Source: Candidatus Delongbacteria bacterium
GTDB taxonomy: Bacteria; UBA4055
Assembly: GCA_016937995.1 (NCBI GenBank)
Contig: JAFGVM010000061.1
Coordinates: 1-52,471, forward strand
Direction of reading: 5' to 3'
Length of the DNA stretch: 52,471 bases
Within the stretch, counting starts at the first letter, position 1. Every line of letters begins with the position of its first letter. Below, piece after piece: positions 32,319-42,410 of this stretch. The translations under genes were made by a program, and so were the position numbers. The notes below the pieces were generated by a model, which was given only the letters and a program-made list of their open reading frames with translations, was not told the DNA's origin and did not search any database.

Positions 32319-34694
32319 TTGCTTAAATTTTATCTAACTGTTATATTTGTATTTATGAAATTTTCAGCCTTATACATATTCCCGGAACTTATAGTGCTTA
32401 CTATAATTCTTAGATTCTCAGTTATTTCTGCTGAGGAAATAAAACAATCTCCAAAAGTGGGACTTGCATTATCAGGTGGAGGGATCAGAGGTATTGCACA
32501 TATCGGAGTTCTCAGAAGGCTTGAGCAGGAGAACATTGAACCGGATATTATTTCGGGTTCAAGTATGGGATCTTTGATCGGTGGACTTTATGCTTTAGGA
32601 TATGACAGTTATGAAATTGAGAAAATTCTAAAAAATATTGAATTGAAAGATCTATTTAACAACAGCCCTGAAAGAGATAAAACAAAAAATTATTTGAAGA
32701 AAATTTCAGACAGGACAAGCATAGAACTGGATCTAACGGATGATGGCATTAAATTACCGAATGCTTTGAACAATGGTCAGGAATTATTGAATGAGTTGAC
32801 AATGTCAGTAAATTCATCTCCTTATCTCAGTAATGATTTTGATAGTTTGAAGTATAAATTGAGAATCGTGTGCTCAGATATTCAAAATGCAAGGAAAGTT
32901 GTTTTTAAAGAAGGTGATATACCAAAAATAATTTTAAGCTCCATGTCTTTTCCAGGACTCTTCAGACCGGTTTCATACAAAGGAATGAAACTTCTGGATG
33001 GTGGATTAACCGACAATATTCCGTCTGATATACTTGAGAATTGTGATGTGATACTAACATCCAATACAACACATGATGCTGATTCAAGTAATGCTGATTA
33101 TAATTTTATAGAGCTGCTTGATAGAATATCACTTACTATGACCGACGATAAAATGAAAAATAATTTGAAGATTTCAGATATCGTTTTCACACCGGACATA
33201 AAAGACATCACACTTGATAATGTAGAAAATATTGATTCCTTAATTGTACTCGGATTTGAATCTGTTGATAAGAAGATAACTGAACTTAATAATTTAGTTA
33301 AGCCCAGAATTGAACTGGATCAAGCACAGTATAATGAACTTGGATTTAAGTACGAAATCTCTGGAAATACTAAATTTTTCCCGAAAGACATTTTAAGTGA
33401 AATTGAAAATACACACTCCCCTCAAAAAGCAAGAATGATAATTTTATCAAAATACAAGAGATCAGGATTATTTTTAGCAGATGTGAAAGTAAATAGAATG
33501 GACGGGCATATTGATCTTGTTATTGACGAAGGTGTTGTTGAAAAGATAAATATTGTAGGTAATAAAAAGACAAGCACCAGCTTTATAAAAGATGAACTCA
33601 GTATCAAGGTCGGAAAAATATTAAGAAGCTCTGATCTGTTAAAAAGCATAGATGCACTGTACGGAACTGATCTATTTTATAATGTTTCTTACAGCATCGA
33701 TAATACCAATAACTGTGTTTGTATAAGTGTGGAGGAAAAACCTTACAACGTACTTAGGATTGGCGCACATTATCAAACCGACAGAGGATATCTGGGTCTT
33801 TTTGAGATAGCAAATAAAAATATGCACGGTAAAAGATCAGAAATGTATTTAAGTTTCTTATACGGAGAAAAATTTAACAGACTGGAATTGTCTTATTACA
33901 ACATTTTTATGAAAAAGTCATCTTTGTTTTATGAATTACTCCCTTATTATCAGGTTGAAGAGAGATATGTTTATGAAGATCATGATATTTTAGACAGTTT
34001 GAAGTTTTATGATAGAAGAGCGGGGGTCAGTATTAATCTGGGGTTCCAGATGTTCAATAATTACCTTGGAGTTGTAGTTGCAAATACAGAGCATTTAAAC
34101 ATTGATGGTGCGATAAATGATGAAATTAAAACATCAATAGGCTTCAATATACTCGCAGATAATCGTGATGATCCTATAGTACCGAGCAAAGGTATATTTC
34201 TGGCAGTAAATTCCTTGAGAGGATGGATGAACAATAATTCTGATATAAACTATCATAAGCTCTGGGGTGAATTAAATTTTTATTCAAACCTGTCAAGAAG
34301 ATTGTTTTTCAGTCTGGGAATAAAAGCAGGTACAGGTGATAACCTTGTGCCGGCAATAGAAAAATATAACATCGGTGGAATGTCAATGATGCCTGGAACC
34401 TTTTACGAGGAATATTCCGCATTACAGTATTTAAGACTGAATGTTGATCAAAATTATCTTTTATACTCTGATTCGATCATGGATCTGTATTATTCTCTTG
34501 ATTATACTTTCAACGGTTTCTGGGACAGACCCGATATTGAATGGGAGAACAGGGATTTTTTGAACTCGTTCTATGTAGGATTGTTAATGAATACTGTGCT
34601 TGGACCTGCAGAGCTTGGATGGGGAATTACAACAGGGAATGCGGAAATTAAAACTAACTCCAAATTCTATCTTTCGATCGGTTATAAACTTTAA
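32319..34694 (+). CDS. Patatin-POTRA-Omp85 barrel protein (PlpD / type Vd-like)
   Basis: LSGGGIRG, GSSMG, DGG patatin motifs; POTRA-like IVGNKKT segment; barrel ending YLSIGYKL. Start uncertain (32319 TTG or 32355 ATG). Confidence 0.85.
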   Translation: MLKFYLTVIFVFMKFSALYIFPELIVLTIILRFSVISAEEIKQSPKVGLALSGGGIRGIAHIGVLRRLEQENIEPDIISGSSMGSLIGGLYALGYDSYEIEKILKNIELKDLFNNSPERDKTKNYLKKISDRTSIELDLTDDGIKLPNALNNGQELLNELTMSVNSSPYLSNDFDSLKYKLRIVCSDIQNARKVVFKEGDIPKIILSSMSFPGLFRPVSYKGMKLLDGGLTDNIPSDILENCDVILTSNTTHDADSSNADYNFIELLDRISLTMTDDKMKNNLKISDIVFTPDIKDITLDNVENIDSLIVLGFESVDKKITELNNLVKPRIELDQAQYNELGFKYEISGNTKFFPKDILSEIENTHSPQKARMIILSKYKRSGLFLADVKVNRMDGHIDLVIDEGVVEKINIVGNKKTSTSFIKDELSIKVGKILRSSDLLKSIDALYGTDLFYNVSYSIDNTNNCVCISVEEKPYNVLRIGAHYQTDRGYLGLFEIANKNMHGKRSEMYLSFLYGEKFNRLELSYYNIFMKKSSLFYELLPYYQVEERYVYEDHDILDSLKFYDRRAGVSINLGFQMFNNYLGVVVANTEHLNIDGAINDEIKTSIGFNILADNRDDPIVPSKGIFLAVNSLRGWMNNNSDINYHKLWGELNFYSNLSRRLFFSLGIKAGTGDNLVPAIEKYNIGGMSMMPGTFYEEYSALQYLRLNVDQNYLLYSDSIMDLYYSLDYTFNGFWDRPDIEWENRDFLNSFYVGLLMNTVLGPAELGWGITTGNAEIKTNSKFYLSIGYKL

Positions 34695-34748
34695 AAAATT
34701 ATAAAATTTAATTACAATTTAACGAATTCATTTCGTATATTAACAATT

Positions 34749-34827
34749 ACCCTGGGGGTGCGTTAAGCTGAGAGAGACGATGTCTCAACCCTTGGAACCT
34801 GATTCGGACAATTCCGACGTAGGGAAG
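34749..34827 (+). ncRNA. TPP riboswitch aptamer
   Basis: GGGGTGC...GCTGAGA...ACCC...AACCTGAT..GGAcAAT.CC..CGTAGGGA signature directly upstream of thiS. Confidence 0.95.
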
Positions 34828-34847
34828 CGGTGAAAATTATTGGACTT

Positions 34848-34875
34848 ATACCGCTTTGTAGCGGTATTTTTTATT
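34848..34875 (+). terminator. TPP riboswitch expression-platform terminator
   Basis: ATACCGC-TTTGTA-GCGGTAT plus T-tract; AAGCGGT (34825-34831) can pair with ACCGCTT (34850-34856) as antiterminator. Confidence 0.85.
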
Positions 34876-34885
34876 TGGAGAATTA

Positions 34886-35083
34886 ATGAAGATCGTAGTA
34901 AATGGAAAAGAAGAAAGTACTGGTTCGAAGACAATATTGGACTTTATTTTAGATAAGGAATTGGAACCTAAGACAATAATAATTGAATATAATCTTAAAA
35001 TCGTAAAAAAGGATTCTTGGGATTCAATTGAACTTCAAGATGGTGATAATCTGGAAATATTGAACTTCGTAGGCGGTGGGTAA
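34886..35083 (+). CDS. thiS: Sulfur carrier protein ThiS
   Basis: 65 aa, VNG start, C-terminal FVGGG. Confidence 0.95.
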   Translation: MKIVVNGKEESTGSKTILDFILDKELEPKTIIIEYNLKIVKKDSWDSIELQDGDNLEILNFVGGG

Positions 35084-35854
35084 ATGAGTGATATATTGAA
35101 ATTAGGAAATAAAGAGTTTTCGAACAGACTTTTAACAGGAACAGGTAAATTTTCTTCAAAGAAGCTTATCACAGAAATGCTTAATGCAAGTGGTTCTGAA
35201 ATGATAACTGTAGCACTAAGAAGAGTTGATTTTGCAGCTGGTAATGAGAATATATTAGAATATATTCCTAAAAATGTAACATTATTACCTAATACATCAG
35301 GTGCCAGAACAGCAGAAGAAGCTGTCAGGATCGCAAGGATCGCCAGAGAAACTGGATGTGGAGATTTTATTAAGATAGAAATAATCACTGACACAAAATA
35401 TTTAATGCCGGATAATGAAGAAACTTTGAAAGCAACAAAGATCTTAGCAGACGAAGGTTTTCTAGTACTTCCGTATGTTATGCCTGATCTAACCTATTCC
35501 TATAAACTTGTAGAAGCCGGTGCGGCAGCAGTAATGCCATTAGGTTCTGCGATAGGTTCTAACCGAGGAATAAGATTAAAAGAGATCATAAGAATATTGA
35601 TTGAAAACATAGATATCCCTATAATCGTAGATGCCGGGATTGGAAGACCATCACAGGCTGCTGAAGCAATGGAAATGGGTGCAGATGCTGTTTTGGTTAA
35701 TACTGCGATCTCTGCTGCAGAAGATCCAGTGTTAATGGGAAGAGCTTTTTCCTTAGCAGTTGAAGCTGGAAGATTAGCATATATTTCAAAATTAGCTGAG
35801 GAAAGCAGGACTGCGAACGCTTCCTCACCGTTAACAGGATTCTTAAGGGAATGA
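35084..35854 (+). CDS. thiG: Thiazole synthase ThiG
   Basis: [43 protein letters not shown]. Confidence 0.96.
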   Translation: MSDILKLGNKEFSNRLLTGTGKFSSKKLITEMLNASGSEMITVALRRVDFAAGNENILEYIPKNVTLLPNTSGARTAEEAVRIARIARETGCGDFIKIEIITDTKYLMPDNEETLKATKILADEGFLVLPYVMPDLTYSYKLVEAGAAAVMPLGSAIGSNRGIRLKEIIRILIENIDIPIIVDAGIGRPSQAAEAMEMGADAVLVNTAISAAEDPVLMGRAFSLAVEAGRLAYISKLAEESRTANASSPLTGFLRE

Positions 35855-35960
35855 ATATCCAACAACCAACACGGAACATCCAATTATGAAGTAGGGGCGT
35901 AATTCATTACGCCCATAAAAAAAAGATTGCCACGGATTTATCAAATCCTCGCAATGACAA
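35853..35960 (+). repeat. Three-part composite repeat cassette (copy 1)
   Basis: GAATATCCAACAACCAACACGGAACATCCAATTATGAA, GTAGGGGCGTAATTCATTACGCCC, AGATTGCCAC-GGATTTATCAAATCC-TCGCAATGACAA. Confidence 0.88.
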
Positions 35961-35971
35961 CAAAGGAAAAC

Positions 35972-37078
35972 ATGTCATTCATAGATTTATTAAAACGATA
36001 CGAAAATTTTAATTTTAAAGAATATATATCAAAGGTCACTTTAGAAAAAGTTGATAATAGTTTGAGGAAAGATAAACTGACAGAGAATGATCTTCTGAAT
36101 CTTCTTTCTCCAGTTGCAGCTGAAAGGATTGAAGAAATGGCTCAGCTTTCTCACAAAAAGACTGTTCAGTATTTTGGAAGAACTATCTCACTTTATATTC
36201 CTTTGTATATCTCAAATTACTGCAGTAACGAATGTACATACTGTGGTTTTCATGCTGGAAACAAAATGAAACGAAGAAAGTTATCTATCGAAGAAATTGA
36301 GATAGAAGCTAAAGAAATTGCAAAAACAGGTATTAAGCATATTCTTGTTCTCACCGGTGAAGCTGAAAAAGTTACTCCGATGGAATATTTGGTCGAAGTA
36401 ATTGAGCTTCTAAAAAAGTATTTCCCTTCGATATCTATAGAGATGTTCCCAATGTCAGTAGAAGATTATACGATATTGAAAGAAGCCGGAGTAGACGGAT
36501 TAACAGTTTATCAGGAAGTATATAACAGAGATATTTACAAAGAAGTGCATACCTTCGGAAGAAAAAGTGATTACGACTTCAGAATTGAAACACCTGAAAG
36601 AGGAGCAAAAGCAGGTTTCAGGCTCGTGAATATCGGTCCTTTATACGGTCTGGGTGAAATTGCTCCCGAGGCTTTTATCACTGCAGTTCATGCAAAATAT
36701 CTTGATGATAAATATCCCGATACAGAGATCGCAGTATCATTTCCAAGGATAAATTCAGCTGAAAATGAATTCAAACAAAAGTACAGACTTGATGACAGAA
36801 CTTTTGTTCAATATATGACGGCTTTCAGATTATTTCTTCCTAGAGTTGGAATAAACATTTCCACCAGAGAAAAAGCAGAATTCAGAGATAATGTTATACC
36901 TTTGGGGGTTACAAGATTTTCTGCAGGATCAAGAACAGAGGTAGGAGGGTATACTGACCATCACATTGATGACGTTCCTCAATTTGATATCTCTGATACA
37001 AGGACAGTTGCTGAGACAGTAAAAGTGATAGAGGAAAGAGGATTTCAGGCAGTAATGAAGGACTGGGAGTTGATTTAA
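35972..37078 (+). CDS. thiH: 2-iminoacetate synthase ThiH (radical SAM)
   Basis: PLYISNYCSNECTYCGF, YQE, STRE, SAGS, QFDISD; start moved to 35972 (SD AAGGA; the upstream extension lies in a repeat). Confidence 0.94.
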   Translation: MSFIDLLKRYENFNFKEYISKVTLEKVDNSLRKDKLTENDLLNLLSPVAAERIEEMAQLSHKKTVQYFGRTISLYIPLYISNYCSNECTYCGFHAGNKMKRRKLSIEEIEIEAKEIAKTGIKHILVLTGEAEKVTPMEYLVEVIELLKKYFPSISIEMFPMSVEDYTILKEAGVDGLTVYQEVYNRDIYKEVHTFGRKSDYDFRIETPERGAKAGFRLVNIGPLYGLGEIAPEAFITAVHAKYLDDKYPDTEIAVSFPRINSAENEFKQKYRLDDRTFVQYMTAFRLFLPRVGINISTREKAEFRDNVIPLGVTRFSAGSRTEVGGYTDHHIDDVPQFDISDTRTVAETVKVIEERGFQAVMKDWELI

Positions 37079-37108
37079 GTATGAGTTATAAGTTATGAGA
37101 TATGAGTT
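37078..37108 (+). repeat. Short heptamer tandem repeat
   Basis: AGTATG AGTTATA AGTTATG AGATATG AGTT directly after the thiH stop. Confidence 0.6.
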
Positions 37109-37142
37109 CGCTGGTTACAACGCTCAAGGTTAAAGGGGAATT

Positions 37143-38174
37143 ATGAATAATACGTATAGAATAATTGATGCGAATATAAATCGAATGGCTGAAGGGATTC
37201 GAGTTCTGGAAGATCATTCAAGATTTATTTCGGAGAATAAAGAGATAAATGAAAAACTCAGAAATATAAGACACAATTCAAGAAAGATACTAATAGAACT
37301 GGACAGTGATCTTATCTCAGCAAGAGAATCTTTGAGTGATAACGGATTGGAAATTTCTGGGAAATCTAAGCTGGATAATAAAACAACTGATAAAGAGCTT
37401 ATAATTTCAAATTTCAAAAGGATCCAGGAAGCTGTAAGAAGTATCGAAGAAAATCTTAAGGTCATTGATGAATATGACAAAGGTAAGCAGTTCGAACAGA
37501 TCAGATTTGAAGTCTATGATATTGAAAAACAGTATTTGTCATCATTGAAATTTCAACTTCCTAAAGGAATTTATGGTCTCACAGCAGAAAAGTATTCCAA
37601 AGGACGATCAAATATTGAAGTTGTAAAAGAAATGATCAAAGGTGGAATCAAGATCATTCAATACAGAGAAAAAGAAGAAGACAGATCCAGGAAAGAAATG
37701 CTTATAGAATGTCTCAAAATAAGAGAGTTGACGAAAGAAAAGAATGTTGTTTTCATAGTTAACGATCATTTGGATATTGCTATTCTTTCAAAGGCGGATG
37801 GAATACACTTAGGTCAGGATGACCTCTCAGTTCAAGAAATCAAAAAAATTAATGGGAACCTGATAATTGGAGTTTCAACCCATACGCCTGAACAAGCTCA
37901 AAAAGCGATTGCAGATGGTGCAGACTATATAGGTGTAGGACCGATATTTAAAACAAGTACAAAGAAGAATGTTTGTGATCCAGTCGGTTTAGAATATTTA
38001 GATTACGTAGTAAAAAATACTGATATTCCTTTTGTAGCTATTGGAGGTATTAAAGAGGATAATATTCATCAGGTGATTGAAAAAGGTGCTAAGAGTATTG
38101 CTTTGGTAACTGAAATCGTTGGATCTTACGATATTGGGGATAAAATCAAAAAATTAAATAATAAATTAAAATAA
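37143..38174 (+). CDS. thiE: Thiamine-phosphate synthase with N-terminal ThiD2-type domain
   Basis: N-terminal [19 protein letters not shown]...[15 protein letters not shown]-terminal QYREK, VND, HLGQDD, STH, GPIF.T.TK, AIGGI. Confidence 0.92.
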   Translation: MNNTYRIIDANINRMAEGIRVLEDHSRFISENKEINEKLRNIRHNSRKILIELDSDLISARESLSDNGLEISGKSKLDNKTTDKELIISNFKRIQEAVRSIEENLKVIDEYDKGKQFEQIRFEVYDIEKQYLSSLKFQLPKGIYGLTAEKYSKGRSNIEVVKEMIKGGIKIIQYREKEEDRSRKEMLIECLKIRELTKEKNVVFIVNDHLDIAILSKADGIHLGQDDLSVQEIKKINGNLIIGVSTHTPEQAQKAIADGADYIGVGPIFKTSTKKNVCDPVGLEYLDYVVKNTDIPFVAIGGIKEDNIHQVIEKGAKSIALVTEIVGSYDIGDKIKKLNNKLK

Positions 38175-38188
38175 ATGTGAGAATTAAA

Positions 38189-39475
38189 ATGAATTACACA
38201 ACTCAGATGGACGCAGCATCAAAAGGGATAGTAACTCCTCAGATGAAAGATGTTCTAAAAAGAGAAAGTATCAGTCAGGAGAAACTTTTGCAGCTGATGA
38301 GCGAAGGTAAGATCACATTACCTGCTAATAAGAATCACAAGAATCTAAAAGGTATAGCCATTGGAACAGGATTAATTACCAAAGTTAATGTTAATCTCGG
38401 AGTCTCAGAGGACTGCTTTAATATTGACATGGAAATGAAAAAGGTCAATGCCGCTATTGAAATGAAGACCGATGCGATAATGGATCTGAGTACTTTCGGT
38501 GACACACAGACTTTCAGAAAGAAACTTGTAGAAGTATCACCTGTAATGCTCGGAACAGTACCAATTTATGATACTGTTACTCAATTTAAAGATAAACCGA
38601 TTAAAGATATTACTGTAGATGAATGGTTCGAGATAGCTGAAAGACATGCATCTGACGGTATTGATTTTCTTACGATCCATGCGGGATTGACTAAAGTTGT
38701 TGTAGAGAGAATTAAGAAAAATATGCGTCTGACACATGTAGTAAGTCGTGGTGGTTCTATTTTGATGGAGTGGATGGAAGCAAACAATGCAGAGAATCCG
38801 TTCTACGAATATTTTGACAGATTATTGGATATTTGTGTAAAGTATGATGTTACTATCAGTATCGGTGACGGATTAAGACCAGGTAGTTTAAAGGACAGTA
38901 CAGATGCTCCTCAGATACAGGAATTAATTTTCTTAGGTGAGTTAACAAAACAGGCATGGTCAAGAAAAGTTCAGGTTATGATAGAAGGACCTGGACATGT
39001 TCCTTTGAACGAGATCGTTACGAATATGCAGATACAGAAGAAATTATGTCATGGGGCACCATTTTATGTATTAGGTCCATTGGTTACTGATATTGCTCCG
39101 GGTTATGATCACATTACTTCAGCTATCGGTGGAGCTATTGCCGCTTCGAACGGTGCTGATTTTCTTTGTTATGTTACTCCGGCAGAACATCTTAGACTTC
39201 CAGACCTGAACGATATGAAAGAAGGTATCATAGCATCAAGAATTGCTGCTCACGCTGCTGATATTGCTCTTGGAATTCCGGGTGCAATGGATTGGGATAA
39301 TGCTATGAGTAAAGCAAGACATGATATGGATTGGAAAGCTCAGATAGATCTTGCTATTGATCCGGTTAAAGCAAAGGAATATCGTGAATCTGCGGCACCA
39401 TTGGACGAAGAAGTATGTTCAATGTGCGGTGATTTCTGTGCGATTAAGAGAAGCAACCGTGTGTTGGAAAAATAA
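38189..39475 (+). CDS. thiC: Phosphomethylpyrimidine synthase ThiC
   Basis: [47 protein letters not shown]; operon context. Confidence 0.94.
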   Translation: MNYTTQMDAASKGIVTPQMKDVLKRESISQEKLLQLMSEGKITLPANKNHKNLKGIAIGTGLITKVNVNLGVSEDCFNIDMEMKKVNAAIEMKTDAIMDLSTFGDTQTFRKKLVEVSPVMLGTVPIYDTVTQFKDKPIKDITVDEWFEIAERHASDGIDFLTIHAGLTKVVVERIKKNMRLTHVVSRGGSILMEWMEANNAENPFYEYFDRLLDICVKYDVTISIGDGLRPGSLKDSTDAPQIQELIFLGELTKQAWSRKVQVMIEGPGHVPLNEIVTNMQIQKKLCHGAPFYVLGPLVTDIAPGYDHITSAIGGAIAASNGADFLCYVTPAEHLRLPDLNDMKEGIIASRIAAHAADIALGIPGAMDWDNAMSKARHDMDWKAQIDLAIDPVKAKEYRESAAPLDEEVCSMCGDFCAIKRSNRVLEK

Positions 39476-39483
39476 TTGATAAT

Positions 39484-39550
39484 GTAGGGGCGTATCGCCA
39501 TACGCCCGAACAAATTGTCACCCTGATCCCGATTTATCGGGACAGGGTCT
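39484..39550 (+). repeat. GTAGGGGCG REP plus TGTCACCCTGA element with nested TCCCGATTTATCGGGA
   Basis: GTAGGGGCGTATCGCCATACGCCC (39484-39507); TGTCACCCTGA-TCCCGATTTATCGGGA-CAGGGTCT (39516-39550). Confidence 0.85.
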
Positions 39551-39585
39551 TTCTTTTTAAAATGAAGAAAATATCAAAATAATTC

Positions 39586-39614
39586 TTGCTTTATATTTCT
39601 TAATATACTATATT
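39586..39614 (+). promoter_or_regulatory. Sigma70-type promoter
   Basis: TTGCTT-17 nt-TATATT upstream of the redoxin gene. Confidence 0.5.
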
Positions 39615-39637
39615 GGATAAGTGCTAAATATGGTATA

Positions 39638-40234
39638 ATGAAACAAGGATGGAAAATGAAAAGTATCAAGAATTATACAGAGTTAAAGAGCAACCTGTCA
39701 CTAACAGAGAAAACCTATCTTCTTCTTTACAAGAATGGTTCTGAAATAAGTGATTGTGCATTGAAAAATATTACAAAAGTTTCGAAAGGCATTTCAGGAA
39801 TTACATTTTTGAAGTCTGATGTTTCACAGGTAAAAGATATTCACGGAAAATATAAGATCAGTTCGGTTCCTTCATTGTTATATTTTGAGAAGGGAAAATT
39901 CATTAACGTGATCAAAGGATGCCATGAAGAATCTTTCTTTAACCTTCATTTTACAAATAATGTAGCTGTTGTAAAAAAGAAAGTTGAAGCTGCTCAGAAA
40001 AGAGTTATTGTTTATAGCACTCCAAGTTGTTCATGGTGTACAAAGATCAAAAATTATTTTAAAGAAAAAAATATCAGATATACTGATGTTGATGTTTCAA
40101 AAGATCAGAGAAAGATGGATGAACTGGTTAAAAAAAGTGGACAAATGGGAGTTCCTCAGACTGAGATCGGAAGCACGATCGTTGTAGGATTTGATAAAGC
40201 AAAGATCAACAAATTACTGAATATCTTCCGATAA
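39638..40234 (+). CDS. Thioredoxin-like / glutaredoxin (YruB/NrdH-like) fusion
   Basis: N-domain with SVPSLLYF cis-Pro motif but no CxxC; C-domain YSTPSCSWC, GQMGVP, VGFD. Confidence 0.85.
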   Translation: MKQGWKMKSIKNYTELKSNLSLTEKTYLLLYKNGSEISDCALKNITKVSKGISGITFLKSDVSQVKDIHGKYKISSVPSLLYFEKGKFINVIKGCHEESFFNLHFTNNVAVVKKKVEAAQKRVIVYSTPSCSWCTKIKNYFKEKNIRYTDVDVSKDQRKMDELVKKSGQMGVPQTEIGSTIVVGFDKAKINKLLNIFR

Positions 40235-40342
40235 ATCGGAACAGGCACAACACGGAATAACCAATATCCAAGCAGGGGCGTTATTCATAACGCCCGACTA
40301 AAAAAGATTGCCACTCCCGATAAATCGGGATCGCAATGACAA
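40219..40342 (+). repeat. Three-part composite repeat cassette (copy 2) with two nested CCGATAAATCGG palindromes
   Basis: GAATATC[TTCCGATAAATCGGAACAGGC]ACAACACGGAATAACCAATATCCAA, GCAGGGGCGTTATTCATAACGCCC, AGATTGCCAC[TCCCGATAAATCGGGA]TCGCAATGACAA. Confidence 0.88.
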
Positions 40343-40357
40343 CACAAGGAGAATAAA

Positions 40358-40642
40358 ATGAAAGAGCTAATACCATTAAATGAAAATGTTTTAATTTCAC
40401 CTGAAAAAATTGAAGAGAAGACTGCTGGTGGAATTATTTTACCTGATACTGCTTCAGACGAAAAACCTTTGATAGGAGTTGTGAAAGCTATAGGTAATAT
40501 CGAAAATCTTGAAATATCTATTGGTGATAGAGTTATTTTCAAGAAATATTCCGGCACAGATATTGAGTTCGAGAAGGAAGAATTTGTTGTAGTGCCTTAT
40601 GCTGATATTTTAGTAAAGATCGTTGAGATGGAAGAAATTTAA
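40358..40642 (+). CDS. groES: Co-chaperonin GroES
   Basis: PLNENVLI, mobile loop EKTAGGIILPD, GDRVIFKKYSG; 94 aa. Confidence 0.92.
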   Translation: MKELIPLNENVLISPEKIEEKTAGGIILPDTASDEKPLIGVVKAIGNIENLEISIGDRVIFKKYSGTDIEFEKEEFVVVPYADILVKIVEMEEI

Positions 40643-40653
40643 ATTTTAATAAT

Positions 40654-40733
40654 GTCAGTCTGAGTTTATCGAAGACTAAGACCTTATGGTTTGATCAAGA
40701 GTCTAACACTTCGATGAACTCAGTGTGACTTTT
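40654..40733. mobile_element. MITE-like element with 21-bp imperfect terminal inverted repeats
   Basis: GTCAGTCTGAGTTTATCGAAG versus the reverse complement of CTTCGATGAACTCAGTGTGAC (18/21 match); second copy at 8667-8757. Confidence 0.65.
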
Positions 40734-40748
40734 ATGTTTCCAAATATT

Positions 40749-40774
40749 AAGCCCTGTAATTCGGGGTTTTTTTT
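40749..40774 (+). terminator. Probable terminator after groES
   Basis: AAGCCCTG-TAATT-CGGGGT plus a long T-tract (stem has G-U pairs). Confidence 0.55.
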
Positions 40775-40813
40775 ATTACAAAAAGCCAAAAAATACCTTA
40801 AATTCAATTCATT

Positions 40814-42409
40814 ATGAAAATGAAAGACATAACGGTAAAATATCAGGATCAATTGAAAGTAATTGCATCAGCGATCATTATTGGATTATTCTACCCACCA
40901 ATGAGTAGCAGCTATATTGTATTGTTCTTCCTTGTCCCGTTCATATGTGTGTTGAACAAAAAGGATAGTAATGGTATAGTAAATGGTTTTATTTTCGGTT
41001 TCTTCATTTCTCTTTCTTCATCATACTGGATAATGTCAAATGCAGGAGCTCCTGTCTGGCTCAGGATCGTGAGCGGTATCGGTTTCTTTTCTTTCTCGGG
41101 ATTTTACTATGCAGTAATGGGTGGAGTATTTTCACTGGTCAAGAAAGCTTTTCCAAATAAGGCTATATGGTTTCTGCCGCTAGTATGGGGTGGAATGGAA
41201 CATCTGATGCTCTACAAAGAGTTCGCATTCCCATGGACCCTTCTGGCCAATGCTTTTACTACCAAGATTGAATTTATTCAGATATCAGAATATTTCGGTG
41301 TGATATTTGTTTCAATGACCCTGGTACTTTTCTCAGTCTTAATTTACAGGATATCTGAAAATCTTCGTACATCTAACAAGGATAAAGCTCAGAAAGCTTC
41401 AGTAATTAAATTTGTATCAATTCATGGATTATCACTAGTTGTTCTATTTTCGACAGTCTATCTCTGGGGAAGTTCGCGGTATAAATATTTCTCAGAGAAA
41501 GGTAAAGATCTTCCTGTAGTCAAAGTTGCAATGATACATGCAGGTTTGGATATTGATTATAAATGGCAGAAATCTAATTTCCGAAAGATAGTAGAGGGTC
41601 AGTATGCTCAAACTGATTCAGTAATGATTTTCAAGCCTGATCTTGTCCTTTGGGGAGAAACTAATTTTCCAAAGTATCTGGAAAATTATCCAGGTTCGGT
41701 CAAGAAATTCAAAAAATACAGTATTGATAATGATGTAGATATTTCTACAGGTGCACTCGGATTTAATTATTACGAAGATACAGAAAAAATTGAAAAATTC
41801 AATAGTGTTTTCTTTTTCTCCGGAGATAAAGAATATACCCGTTACGACAAAACAATGCTGGTTCCTTTCGGAGAGGCTTTCCCTTATTCTAACATACTCA
41901 CTTTTCTTAAGGATATTTCTCTCGGTCAGGCAAACTTTGACAGGGGAGATAACAAAGAATTATTCGAGATGAGATCCGGTAATAAATTTATTACAACGAT
42001 CTGCTATGAGGGTATTTTTCCTTACTACAATGCAAGATTCGTTTCTATGGGTGCTGAATTTCTCACAAATGTTTCAAATGATGCCTGGTATGAGAACACG
42101 GATGAAGTTTACCAGCACAGCAGATTCAATATTTTCAGATCCATTGAGAATCGAAGAACCACTGTGAGGTTGGCAAATAAAGCTGAAAGTTCAATTATTT
42201 ATCCATCTGGAAAACAGGAAATATTATTTGACAACGAAGGACCATTTTGCAAAGTAATTGATGTTCCTGTTAATTCAGAACAGACATTTTTCACAAAGAA
42301 CTATAAGATCATTGCAGGATTCATAATAGGATTAAATTTAATGTTGATCGGATGGTCGATTATAATCATAAAGATTAGAAGAAAAAAATATTTAACCACA
42401 GAGAGGTAA
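40814..42409 (+). CDS. lnt: Apolipoprotein N-acyltransferase
   Basis: Multiple TM helices, FPW, WGE, YDK..LVPFGE, ICYE, SNDAW. Confidence 0.93.
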   Translation: MKMKDITVKYQDQLKVIASAIIIGLFYPPMSSSYIVLFFLVPFICVLNKKDSNGIVNGFIFGFFISLSSSYWIMSNAGAPVWLRIVSGIGFFSFSGFYYAVMGGVFSLVKKAFPNKAIWFLPLVWGGMEHLMLYKEFAFPWTLLANAFTTKIEFIQISEYFGVIFVSMTLVLFSVLIYRISENLRTSNKDKAQKASVIKFVSIHGLSLVVLFSTVYLWGSSRYKYFSEKGKDLPVVKVAMIHAGLDIDYKWQKSNFRKIVEGQYAQTDSVMIFKPDLVLWGETNFPKYLENYPGSVKKFKKYSIDNDVDISTGALGFNYYEDTEKIEKFNSVFFFSGDKEYTRYDKTMLVPFGEAFPYSNILTFLKDISLGQANFDRGDNKELFEMRSGNKFITTICYEGIFPYYNARFVSMGAEFLTNVSNDAWYENTDEVYQHSRFNIFRSIENRRTTVRLANKAESSIIYPSGKQEILFDNEGPFCKVIDVPVNSEQTFFTKNYKIIAGFIIGLNLMLIGWSIIIIKIRRKKYLTTER

Positions 42410-42410
42410 T

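Noticed and set aside
38189-39475. BzaA/B/F benzimidazole synthase instead of ThiC
   Set aside because: It lies in a TPP-riboswitch thi operon with no cobalamin genes nearby.
42391-42409. AACCACAGAGAG at the lnt 3' end as another repeat family
   Set aside because: Single short occurrence in this window; cannot be supported.
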